64,000 bases of DNA. Source: the human T2T-CHM13v2.0 reference genome, Homo sapiens. The position numbers were made by a program, and so were the translations under genes. The notes below the pieces were generated by a model. The model saw only the letters and a list, made by a program, of their open reading frames with translations. It was not told the origin of the DNA and made no database searches. The stretch is taken from NCBI RefSeq assembly GCF_009914755.1, contig NC_060934.1; one strand, given 5' to 3'. Shown here piece after piece: positions 28,001-41,629 of the stretch (position 1 is its first letter; each line of letters begins with the position of its first letter).

Positions 28001-31000
28001 ATTGAATGTAATCATTGAATGGACTCGAATGGAATCATTATCAAATGGAATCGAATGGAATCACCGAATAGAATCGAATGGAACAATCATCGAATGGACT
28101 CAAATGGAATTATCCTCAAATGGAATCGAATGGAATTATCGAATGCAATCGAATAGAATCATCCAATGCACTCGACTGGAATCATGGAATGGAATGGAAT
28201 GGAATAGTCAATGAACTCGAATGGAATCATCATTGAATGGAATCGAATGGAATCATCGAGTGGAATCGAATGGAATTATGATCAAATGGAATCGAATGTA
28301 ATAATCATCAAACGGAATCAAAAATATCCATCATCAATTGGTATTGAATGGAATTGTCATCAAATGGAATTCAAAGGAATTATCATCAAATGGAACCGAA
28401 TGAAATCCTCGTTGAATGGAAATGAAAGGAGTCATCATCTAATGGAATCGCATGGAATCATCATCACATGGAATGGAATGGAATCATCATCGAATGGAAT
28501 CTAATGGAATCATTGAACGGAATTGAATGGAATCGTCATCGAATGAATTGAATGCAATCATCGAATGGTCTCGAATGGAATCATCTTCAAATGGAAAGGA
28601 ATGGAATAATCGCATAGAATCGAATGGAATTGTCATTGAATGGACTCGAATGGAATCAACATCAAACGGAATCAAACGGAATTATCGAATGGAATCGAAG
28701 AGAATCATCGAATGGCCACGAATGGAATCATCTAATGGAATGCAATGGAATAATCCACGGACCCGAATGTAATCGTCATTGAATAGAAACTAATGGAATC
28801 ATCGAATGGACTCGAATGGAATAATCATTGAATAGAATCGAATGGAATCATCGTCGAATGGAAACGAATGGAATCATCATCGAATGGAAATGAAAGGAGT
28901 CATCATCTAATGGAATCGCATAGAATCATCATCAAATGGCATAGAATGGAATCATCATCGAATGGATTCTAATGGAATCATTGAACGGAATTGAATGGTA
29001 TCGTCATCGAAAGAATTGAATGCAATCATCGAATGGTCTCGAATGGAATCATCTTCAAATGGAATGGAATGTAATAATCGCATAGAATCGAATGGAATTA
29101 TCATTGAATGGACTCAAACGGAATCAATATCAAACGGAATCAAACGGAATTATCAAATGGAATCGAAGAGAATCATCGAATGGACTCGAATGGAATCATC
29201 TAATGAAATAGAATGGAATAATCCATGGACTCGCATGCAATCACCATGAAATGGAAGCGAATGGAATCGTCGAATGGAATCGAATGGAATAAACATTGAA
29301 CGGAATAGAATGGAGTAATCACCGGATGGAAACGAATGGAATAATCATCGAATGGAATAATAAGATGGAATCATCATCAAATGGAATCGAATAGAATTTT
29401 GGAATGAAATCCAATGTGATCATCATCGAATGGACTCGAACGGAATCGTCATCCAATGGAAACTAATGGAATCAACATCGACTGGAATCGAATGGAAACA
29501 CCATCGAATTGAAACGAATCTAATTATCATGAAACTGAAATGGATGGACTCATCATCGAATGGATTCGAATGGAATCACCGAATGAAATTGATAGAAATC
29601 ATCATCAAATGGAATCGAATGGAATCATTGAATGGAATCGAATGGAATCATCATCAGATGGAAATGAATGGAATCATCACTGAATGGAAATGAAAGGAGT
29701 CATCATCTAATGGAATCGCATGGAATCATCATCGAATGGAATCTAATTGAATCATTGAACGGAATTGAATGGAATCGTCATCGAATGAATTGAATGCAAT
29801 CATCGAATGGTCTCGAATGGAATCATCTTCAAATGGAATGGAATGGAATCATCGCATAGAATCGAATGGAATTATCATCGAAGGGACTAAAATGGAATCA
29901 ACATCAAACGGAATTATCGAATGGAATCGAAGAGAATCAACGAATGGCCTCGAATAGAATCATCAAATGGAATGGAATGCAATAATCCATTGACCCGAAT
30001 GCAATCACCATCAAATAGAATCGAATGGAATCATCGAATGGACTCGAAAGGAATAATCATTGAACGGAATAGAATGGAACCATCGTCGAATGGATACGAA
30101 TGGAATCATCATCGAATGCAAATGAAAGGAGTCATCATCTAATGGAATCGCATGGAATCAGCATCAAATGGAATCGAATGGAATCATTGAATGGAATCGA
30201 ATGGAGTCATCATCAGATGGAAATGAATGGAATCATCATAGAATGGAATCGAATGGATTCATTGAATGGAATCAGATGGAATCATCGAATGGACTTGAAT
30301 GGAATCATTGAATGGACTCGAATGGAATCATTATTGCATGGAATTGAATGGAATCATCGAATGGTCCCGAATGGAGTCATTATCAAATGGAATCGAGCGG
30401 AATCACCGAATAGAATCGAATGGAACAAACATCGAATGGACTCAAATGTAATTATCCTCAAATGGAACCGAATGGAATTATCAAATGCAATCGAATGGAA
30501 TTATCGAATGCAATCGAATAGAATCATCGAATGGACTCGAATGGAATCATCGAATGGAAGGGAATAGAATAGTCAATGAACTCGAATGGAATCATCATTG
30601 AATGGATTCGAATGGAATCATCGAGTGGAATCGAATGGAATCATGATCAAATGGAATCGAATGTAATCATCCTCAAATGGAATCAAAAATAAACATCATC
30701 AATTGGTATTGAGTGGAATTGTCATCAAATGAAATTCAAAGGAATCATCAAATGGAACCGAATGGAATCCTCATTGAATGGAAATGAAAGGAGTCATCAT
30801 CTAATGGAATGGCATGGAATCATCATCAAATGGAATCTAATGAAATCCTTGAACTGAATTGAATGGAATCGTCATCGAATGAATTGAATGCAATCATCGA
30901 ATGGTTTGGAATGGAATCATCTTCAAATGGAAAGGAATGGAATCATCGCATAGAATCGAATGGAATTATCATCGAATGGCCACGAATGGAATCATCTAAT

Positions 31001-34000
31001 GGAATGGAATGGAATAATCCATGGACCCGAATGCAATCATCATCGAATAGAATCGAATGGAATCATCGAATGGACTCGAATGGAATAATTATTGAAAGGA
31101 ATCGAATGGAATCATCGTCGAATGGAAACGAATGGAATCATCATCGAATGGAAATGAAAGGACTCATCATCTAATGGAATCGCATGGAATCATCATCAAA
31201 TGGAATCGAATGGAATCATCATCGAATGGAATCTAATGGAATCATTGAACGGAATTGAATGGAATCGTCATCGAATGAATTGAATGCAATCATCGAATGG
31301 TCTCGAATGGAATCATCTTCAAATGGAATGGAATGGAATCATCGCATAGAATCGAATGGAATTATCATCGAATGGACTAAAATGGAATCAACATCAAACG
31401 GAATTATCGAATGGAATCGAAGAGAATCAACGAATGGCCTCGAATAGAATCATCAAATGGAATGGAATGGAATAATCCATTGACCCGAATGCAATCACCA
31501 TCAAATAGAATCGAATGGAATCATCGAATGGAATCGAATGGAATAATCATTGAACGGAATCGAATGGAACCATCGTCGAATGGATACGAATGGAATCATC
31601 ATCGAATGCAAATGAAAGGAGTCATCATCTAATGGAATCGCATGGAAACAGCATCAAATGGAATCGAATGGAAGCATCATCGAATGGAATCTAATGGAAT
31701 CATTGAACGGAATTGAATGGAATCGTCACCGAATGGATTGAATGCAATCATCGAATGGTCTCGAGTGGAATCATCTTCAAATGGAATGGAATGGAATCAT
31801 CTCATAGAATCGAATGGAATTATCATTGAATCGACTCAAATGGAATCAACATCAATCGGAATCCAACGGAATTACCGAATGGAATCGAAGAGAATCATCG
31901 AATGGACTCGAATGGAATCATCTAATGAAATAGAATGGAATAATCCATGGACTCGAATGCAATCATCATCAAATGGAATCGAATGGAATCGTCGAATGGA
32001 CTCGAATGGAATAAACATTGAACGGAATCGAATGGAATCATCACCAGATAGAAACGAATAGAATCATCATCGAATGGAATCGAATGTGATCATCAAATGG
32101 AATCAGATGAAATCATCATCAAATGGAATCGAATAGAATTATGGAATGGAATCCAATGTGATCATCATCGAATGAACTCGAACGGAATCATCATCCAATG
32201 GAAACTAATGGAATCAACATCGAATGGAATCGAATGGAAACACCATCGAATTGAAACGAATGGAATTATCATGAAATTGAAATGGATGGACTCATCATCG
32301 AATGGATTCGAATGGAATCATCGAATGAAATTGATTGAAATCATCATCAAATGGAATCGAATGGAATCATTGAATGGAATCGAATGGAATCATCATCAGA
32401 TGGAAATGAATGGAATCATCATAGAATGGAATCGAATGGATTCATTGAATGGAATCAGATGGAATCATCGAATGGACTTGAATGGAATCATTGAATGGAC
32501 TCGAATGGAATCTTTATTGAATGGAATTGAATGTAATCATTGAATGGACTCGAATGGAATCATTATCAAATGGAATCGAATGGAATCACCGAATAGAATC
32601 GAATGGAACAATCATCGAATGGACTCAAATGGAATTATCCTCAAATGGAATCGAATGGAATTATCGAATGCAATCGAATGGAATTATCGAATGCAATCGA
32701 ATAGAATCATCCAATGCACTCGACTGGAATCATGGAATGGAATGGAATGGAATAGTCAATGAACTCGAATGGAATCATCATTGAATGGAATCGAATGGAA
32801 TCATCGATTGGAATCGAATGGAATTATGATCAAATGGAATCGAATGTAATAATCATCAAACGGAATCAAAAATATCCATCATCAATTGGTATTGAATGGA
32901 ATTGTCATCAAATGGAATTCAAAGGAATTATCATCAAATGGAACCGAATGAAATCCTCGTTGAATGGAAATGAAAGGAGTCATCATCTAATGGAATCGCA
33001 TGGAATCATCATCACATGGAATGGAATGGAATCATCATCGAATGGAATCTAATGGAATCATTGAACGGAATTGAATGGAATCGTCATCGAATGAATTGAA
33101 TGCAATCATCGAATGGTCTCGAATGGAATCATCTTCAAATGGAAAGGAATGGAATAATCGCATAGAATCGAATGGAATTGTCATTGAATGGACTCGAATG
33201 GAATCAACATCAAACGGAATCAAACGGAATTATCGAATGGAATCGAAGAGAATCATCGAATGGCCACGAATGGAATCATCTAATGGAATGCAATGGAATA
33301 ATCCACGGACCCGAATGTAATCGTCATTGAATAGAAACTAATGGAATCATCGAATGGACTCGAATGGAATAATCATTGAATAGAATCGAATGGAATCATC
33401 GTCGAATGGAAACGAATGGAATCATCATCGAATGGAAATGAAAGGAGTCATCATCTAATGGAATCGCATAGAATCATCATCAAATGGCATAGAATGGAAT
33501 CATCATCGAATGGATTCTAATGGAATCATTGAACGGAATTGAATGGTATCGTCATCGAAAGAATTGAATGCAATCATCGAATGGTCTCGAATGGAATCAT
33601 CTTCAAATGGAATGGAATGTAATAATCGCATAGAATCGAATGGAATTATCATTGAATGGACTCAAACGGAATCAATATCAAACGGAATCAAACGGAATTA
33701 TCAAATGGAATCGAAGAGAATCATCGAATGGACTCGAATGGAATCATCTAATGAAATAGAATGGAATAATCCATGGACTCGCATGCAATCACCATGAAAT
33801 GGAAGCGAATGGAATCGTCGAATGGAATCGAATGGAATAAACATTGAACGGAATAGAATGGAGTAATCACCGGATGGAAACGAATGGAATAATCATCGAA
33901 TGGAATAATAAGATGGAATCATCATCAAATGGAATCGAATAGAATTTTGGAATGAAATCCAATGTGATCATCATCGAATGGACTCGAACGGAATCGTCAT

Positions 34001-37000
34001 CCAATGGAAACTAATGGAATCAACATCGACTGGAATCGAATGGAAACACCATCGAATTGAAACGAATCTAATTATCATGAAACTGAAATGGATGGACTCA
34101 TCATCGAATGGATTCGAATGGAATCACCGAATGAAATTGATAGAAATCATCATCAAATGGAATCGAATGGAATCATTGAATGGAATCGAATGGAATCATC
34201 ATCAGATGGAAATGAATGGAATCATCACTGAATGGAAATGAAAGGAGTCATCATCTAATGGAATCGCATGGAATCATCATCGAATGGAATCTAATTGAAT
34301 CATTGAACGGAATTGAATGGAATCGTCATCGAATGAATTGAATGCAATCATCGAATGGTCTCGAATGGAATCATCTTCAAATGGAATGGAATGGAATCAT
34401 CGCATAGAATCGAATGGAATTATCATCGAAGGGACTAAAATGGAATCAACATCAAACGGAATTATCGAATGGAATCGAAGAGAATCAACGAATGGCCTCG
34501 AATAGAATCATCAAATGGAATGGAATGCAATAATCCATTGACCCGAATGCAATCACCATCAAATAGAATCGAATGGAATCATCGAATGGACTCGAAAGGA
34601 ATAATCATTGAACGGAATAGAATGGAACCATCGTCGAATGGATACGAATGGAATCATCATCGAATGCAAATGAAAGGAGTCATCATCTAATGGAATCGCA
34701 TGGAATCAGCATCAAATGGAATCGAATGGAATCATTGAATGGAATCGAATGGAGTCATCATCAGATGGAAATGAATGGAATCATCATAGAATGGAATCGA
34801 ATGGATTCATTGAATGGAATCAGATGGAATCATCGAATGGACTTGAATGGAATCATTGAATGGACTCGAATGGAATCATTATTGCATGGAATTGAATGGA
34901 ATCATCGAATGGTCCCGAATGGAGTCATTATCAAATGGAATCGAGCGGAATCACCGAATAGAATCGAATGGAACAAACATCGAATGGACTCAAATGTAAT
35001 TATCCTCAAATGGAACCGAATGGAATTATCAAATGCAATCGAATGGAATTATCGAATGCAATCGAATAGAATCATCGAATGGACTCGAATGGAATCATCG
35101 AATGGAAGGGAATAGAATAGTCAATGAACTCGAATGGAATCATCATTGAATGGATTCGAATGGAATCATCGAGTGGAATCGAATGGAATCATGATCAAAT
35201 GGAATCGAATGTAATCATCCTCAAATGGAATCAAAAATAAACATCATCAATTGGTATTGAGTGGAATTGTCATCAAATGAAATTCAAAGGAATCATCAAA
35301 TGGAACCGAATGGAATCCTCATTGAATGGAAATGAAAGGAGTCATCATCTAATGGAATGGCATGGAATCATCATCAAATGGAATCTAATGAAATCCTTGA
35401 ACTGAATTGAATGGAATCGTCATCGAATGAATTGAATGCAATCATCGAATGGTTTGGAATGGAATCATCTTCAAATGGAAAGGAATGGAATCATCGCATA
35501 GAATCGAATGGAATTATCATCGAATGGCCACGAATGGAATCATCTAATGGAATGGAATGGAATAATCCATGGACCCGAATGCAATCATCATCGAATAGAA
35601 TCGAATGGAATCATCGAATGGACTCGAATGGAATAATTATTGAAAGGAATCGAATGGAATCATCGTCGAATGGAAACGAATGGAATCATCATCGAATGGA
35701 AATGAAAGGACTCATCATCTAATGGAATCGCATGGAATCATCATCAAATGGAATCGAATGGAATCATCATCGAATGGAATCTAATGGAATCATTGAACGG
35801 AATTGAATGGAATCGTCATCGAATGAATTGAATGCAATCATCGAATGGTCTCGAATGGAATCATCTTCAAATGGAATGGAATGGAATCATCGCATAGAAT
35901 CGAATGGAATTATCATCGAATGGACTAAAATGGAATCAACATCAAACGGAATTATCGAATGGAATCGAAGAGAATCAACGAATGGCCTCGAATAGAATCA
36001 TCAAATGGAATGGAATGGAATAATCCATTGACCCGAATGCAATCACCATCAAATAGAATCGAATGGAATCATCGAATGGAATCGAATGGAATAATCATTG
36101 AACGGAATCGAATGGAACCATCGTCGAATGGATACGAATGGAATCATCATCGAATGCAAATGAAAGGAGTCATCATCTAATGGAATCGCATGGAAACAGC
36201 ATCAAATGGAATCGAATGGAAGCATCATCGAATGGAATCTAATGGAATCATTGAACGGAATTGAATGGAATCGTCACCGAATGGATTGAATGCAATCATC
36301 GAATGGTCTCGAGTGGAATCATCTTCAAATGGAATGGAATGGAATCATCTCATAGAATCGAATGGAATTATCATTGAATCGACTCAAATGGAATCAACAT
36401 CAATCGGAATCCAACGGAATTACCGAATGGAATCGAAGAGAATCATCGAATGGACTCGAATGGAATCATCTAATGAAATAGAATGGAATAATCCATGGAC
36501 TCGAATGCAATCATCATCAAATGGAATCGAATGGAATCGTCGAATGGACTCGAATGGAATAAACATTGAACGGAATCGAATGGAATCATCACCAGATAGA
36601 AACGAATAGAATCATCATCGAATGGAATCGAATGTGATCATCAAATGGAATCAGATGAAATCATCATCAAATGGAATCGAATAGAATTATGGAATGGAAT
36701 CCAATGTGATCATCATCGAATGAACTCGAACGGAATCATCATCCAATGGAAACTAATGGAATCAACATCGAATGGAATCGAATGGAAACACCATCGAATT
36801 GAAACGAATGGAATTATCATGAAATTGAAATGGATGGACTCATCATCGAATGGATTCGAATGGAATCATCGAATGAAATTGATTGAAATCATCATCAAAT
36901 GGAATCGAATGGAATCATTGAATGGAATCGAATGGAATCATCATCAGATGGAAATGAATGGAATCATCATAGAATGGAATCGAATGGATTCATTGAATGG

Positions 37001-40000
37001 AATCAGATGGAATCATCGAATGGACTTGAATGGAATCATTGAATGGACTCGAATGGAATCTTTATTGAATGGAATTGAATGTAATCATTGAATGGACTCG
37101 AATGGAATCATTATCAAATGGAATCGAATGGAATCACCGAATAGAATCGAATGGAACAATCATCGAATGGACTCAAATGGAATTATCCTCAAATGGAATC
37201 GAATGGAATTATCGAATGCAATCGAATGGAATTATCGAATGCAATCGAATAGAATCATCCAATGCACTCGACTGGAATCATGGAATGGAATGGAATGGAA
37301 TAGTCAATGAACTCGAATGGAATCATCATTGAATGGAATCGAATGGAATCATCGATTGGAATCGAATGGAATTATGATCAAATGGAATCGAATGTAATAA
37401 TCATCAAACGGAATCAAAAATATCCATCATCAATTGGTATTGAATGGAATTGTCATCAAATGGAATTCAAAGGAATTATCATCAAATGGAACCGAATGAA
37501 ATCCTCGTTGAATGGAAATGAAAGGAGTCATCATCTAATGGAATCGCATGGAATCATCATCACATGGAATGGAATGGAATCATCATCGAATGGAATCTAA
37601 TGGAATCATTGAACGGAATTGAATGGAATCGTCATCGAATGAATTGAATGCAATCATCGAATGGTCTCGAATGGAATCATCTTCAAATGGAAAGGAATGG
37701 AATAATCGCATAGAATCGAATGGAATTGTCATTGAATGGACTCGAATGGAATCAACATCAAACGGAATCAAACGGAATTATCGAATGGAATCGAAGAGAA
37801 TCATCGAATGGCCACGAATGGAATCATCTAATGGAATGCAATGGAATAATCCACGGACCCGAATGTAATCGTCATTGAATAGAAACTAATGGAATCATCG
37901 AATGGACTCGAATGGAATAATCATTGAATAGAATCGAATGGAATCATCGTCGAATGGAAACGAATGGAATCATCATCGAATGGAAATGAAAGGAGTCATC
38001 ATCTAATGGAATCGCATAGAATCATCATCAAATGGCATAGAATGGAATCATCATCGAATGGATTCTAATGGAATCATTGAACGGAATTGAATGGTATCGT
38101 CATCGAAAGAATTGAATGCAATCATCGAATGGTCTCGAATGGAATCATCTTCAAATGGAATGGAATGTAATAATCGCATAGAATCGAATGGAATTATCAT
38201 TGAATGGACTCAAACGGAATCAATATCAAACGGAATCAAACGGAATTATCAAATGGAATCGAAGAGAATCATCGAATGGACTCGAATGGAATCATCTAAT
38301 GAAATAGAATGGAATAATCCATGGACTCGCATGCAATCACCATGAAATGGAAGCGAATGGAATCGTCGAATGGAATCGAATGGAATAAACATTGAACGGA
38401 ATAGAATGGAGTAATCACCGGATGGAAACGAATGGAATAATCATCGAATGGAATAATAAGATGGAATCATCATCAAATGGAATCGAATAGAATTTTGGAA
38501 TGAAATCCAATGTGATCATCATCGAATGGACTCGAACGGAATCGTCATCCAATGGAAACTAATGGAATCAACATCGACTGGAATCGAATGGAAACACCAT
38601 CGAATTGAAACGAATCTAATTATCATGAAACTGAAATGGATGGACTCATCATCGAATGGATTCGAATGGAATCACCGAATGAAATTGATAGAAATCATCA
38701 TCAAATGGAATCGAATGGAATCATTGAATGGAATCGAATGGAATCATCATCAGATGGAAATGAATGGAATCATCACTGAATGGAAATGAAAGGAGTCATC
38801 ATCTAATGGAATCGCATGGAATCATCATCGAATGGAATCTAATTGAATCATTGAACGGAATTGAATGGAATCGTCATCGAATGAATTGAATGCAATCATC
38901 GAATGGTCTCGAATGGAATCATCTTCAAATGGAATGGAATGGAATCATCGCATAGAATCGAATGGAATTATCATCGAAGGGACTAAAATGGAATCAACAT
39001 CAAACGGAATTATCGAATGGAATCGAAGAGAATCAACGAATGGCCTCGAATAGAATCATCAAATGGAATGGAATGCAATAATCCATTGACCCGAATGCAA
39101 TCACCATCAAATAGAATCGAATGGAATCATCGAATGGACTCGAAAGGAATAATCATTGAACGGAATAGAATGGAACCATCGTCGAATGGATACGAATGGA
39201 ATCATCATCGAATGCAAATGAAAGGAGTCATCATCTAATGGAATCGCATGGAATCAGCATCAAATGGAATCGAATGGAATCATTGAATGGAATCGAATGG
39301 AGTCATCATCAGATGGAAATGAATGGAATCATCATAGAATGGAATCGAATGGATTCATTGAATGGAATCAGATGGAATCATCGAATGGACTTGAATGGAA
39401 TCATTGAATGGACTCGAATGGAATCATTATTGCATGGAATTGAATGGAATCATCGAATGGTCCCGAATGGAGTCATTATCAAATGGAATCGAGCGGAATC
39501 ACCGAATAGAATCGAATGGAACAAACATCGAATGGACTCAAATGTAATTATCCTCAAATGGAACCGAATGGAATTATCAAATGCAATCGAATGGAATTAT
39601 CGAATGCAATCGAATAGATTCATCGAATGGACTCGAATGGAATCATCGAATGGAAGGGAATAGAATAGTCAATGAACTCGAATGGAATCATCATTGAATG
39701 GATTCGAATGGAATCATCGAGTGGAATCGAATGGAATCATGATCAAATGGAATCGAATGTAATCATCCTCAAATGGAATCAAAAATAAACATCATCAATT
39801 GGTATTGAGTGGAATTGTCATCAAATGAAATTCAAAGGAATCATCAAATGGAACCGAATGGAATCCTCATTGAATGGAAATGAAAGGAGTCATCATCTAA
39901 TGGAATGGCATGGAATCATCATCAAATGGAATCTAATGAAATCCTTGAACTGAATTGAATGGAATCGTCATCGAATGAATTGAATGCAATCATCGAATGG

Positions 40001-41629
40001 TTTGGAATGGAATCATCTTCAAATGGAAAGGAATGGAATCATCGCATAGAATCGAATGGAATTATCATCGAATGGCCACGAATGGAATCATCTAATGGAA
40101 TGGAATGGAATAATCCATGGACCCGAATGCAATCATCATCGAATAGAATCGAATGGAATCATCGAATGGACTCGAATGGAATAATTATTGAAAGGAATCG
40201 AATGGAATCATCGTCGAATGGAAACGAATGGAATCATCATCGAATGGAAATGAAAGGAGTCATCATCTAATGGAATCGCATGGAATCATCATCAAATGGA
40301 ATCGAATGGAATCATCATCGAATGGAATCTAATGGAATCATTGAACGGAATTGAATGGAATCGTCATCGAATGAATTGAATGCAATCATCGAATGGTCTC
40401 GAATGGAATCATCTTCAAATGGAATGGAATGGAATCATCGCATAGAATCGAATGGAATTATCATCGAAGGGACTAAAATGGAATCAACATCAAACGGAAT
40501 TATCGAATGGAATCGAAGAGAATCAACGAATGGCCTCGAATAGAATCATCAAATGGAATGGAATGGAATAATCCATTGACCCGAATGCAATCACCATCAA
40601 ATAGAATCGAATGGAATCATCGAATGGAATCGAATGGAATAATCATTGAACGGAATCGAATGGAACCATCGTCGAATGGATACGAATGGAATCATCATCG
40701 AATGCAAATGAAAGGAGTCATCATCTAATGGAATCGCATGGAAACAGCATCAAATGGAATCGAATGGAAGCATCATCGAATGGAATCTAATGGAATCATT
40801 GAACGGAATTGAATGGAATCGTCACCGAATGGATTGAATGCAATCATCGAATGGTCTCGAGTGGAATCATCTTCAAATGGAATGGAATGGAATCATCTCA
40901 TAGAATCGAATGGAATTATCATTGAATCGACTCAAATGGAATCAACATCAATCGGAATCCAACGGAATTACCGAATGGAATCGAAGAGAATCATCGAATG
41001 GACTCGAATGGAATCATCTAATGAAATAGAATGGAATAATCCATGGACTCGAATGCAATCATCATCAAATGGAATCGAATGGAATCGTCGAATGGACTCG
41101 AATGGAATAAACATTGAACGGAATCGAATGGAATCATCACCAGATAGAAACGAATAGAATCATCATCGAATGGAATCGAATGTGATCATCAAATGGAATC
41201 AGATGGAATCATCATCAAATGGAATCGAATAGAATTATGGAATGGAATCCAATGTGATCATCATCGAATGAACTCGAACGGAATCATCATCCAATGGAAA
41301 CTAATGGAATCAACATCGAATGGAATCGAATGGAAACACCATCGAATTGAAACGAATGGAATTATCATGAAATTGAAATGGATGGACTCATCATCGAATG
41401 GATTCGAATGGAATCATCGAATGAAATTGATTGAAATCATCATCAAATGGAATCGAATGGAATCATTGAATGGAATCGAATGGAATCATCATCAGATGGA
41501 AATGAATGGAATCATCATAGAATGGAATCGAATGGATTCATTGAATGGAATCAGATGGAATCATCGAATGGACTTGAATGGAATCATTGAATGGACTCGA
41601 ATGGAATCTTTATTGAATGGAATTGAATG
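13084..41629 (+). repeat. Domain B: 4548-bp higher-order repeat, 6 full copies plus ~1.27 kb partial, nearly identical
   Basis: Units start at 13084, 17632, 22180, 26731, 31259, 35807 and 40355 (lengths 4548, 4548, 4551, 4528, 4548, 4548). Subunit spacings are 458+1358+468+774+1094+396=4548. ORF translations are almost letter-identical between copies. The match to the HOR ends at 41629 (ATTGAATG|TAATC becomes ATTGAATG|GAATC). Confidence 0.96.
16117..16127 (+). promoter_or_regulatory. Candidate DUX4-type double-homeodomain site TAATTGAATCA (also at 13059, 20665, 25216, 29744, 34292, 38840)
   Basis: Exact 11-mer matching the TAAYBBAATCA consensus; the commoner variant TAATGGAATCA recurs throughout the window. 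This is a motif match only, and binding is not shown. Confidence 0.4.

Noticed and set aside
676-37771. Short - strand ORFs (MIPFDVDSIR..., MHSFTSDDDSIQF...)
   Set aside because: They are the reverse-complement reading of the same satellite and recur only because the HOR recurs.
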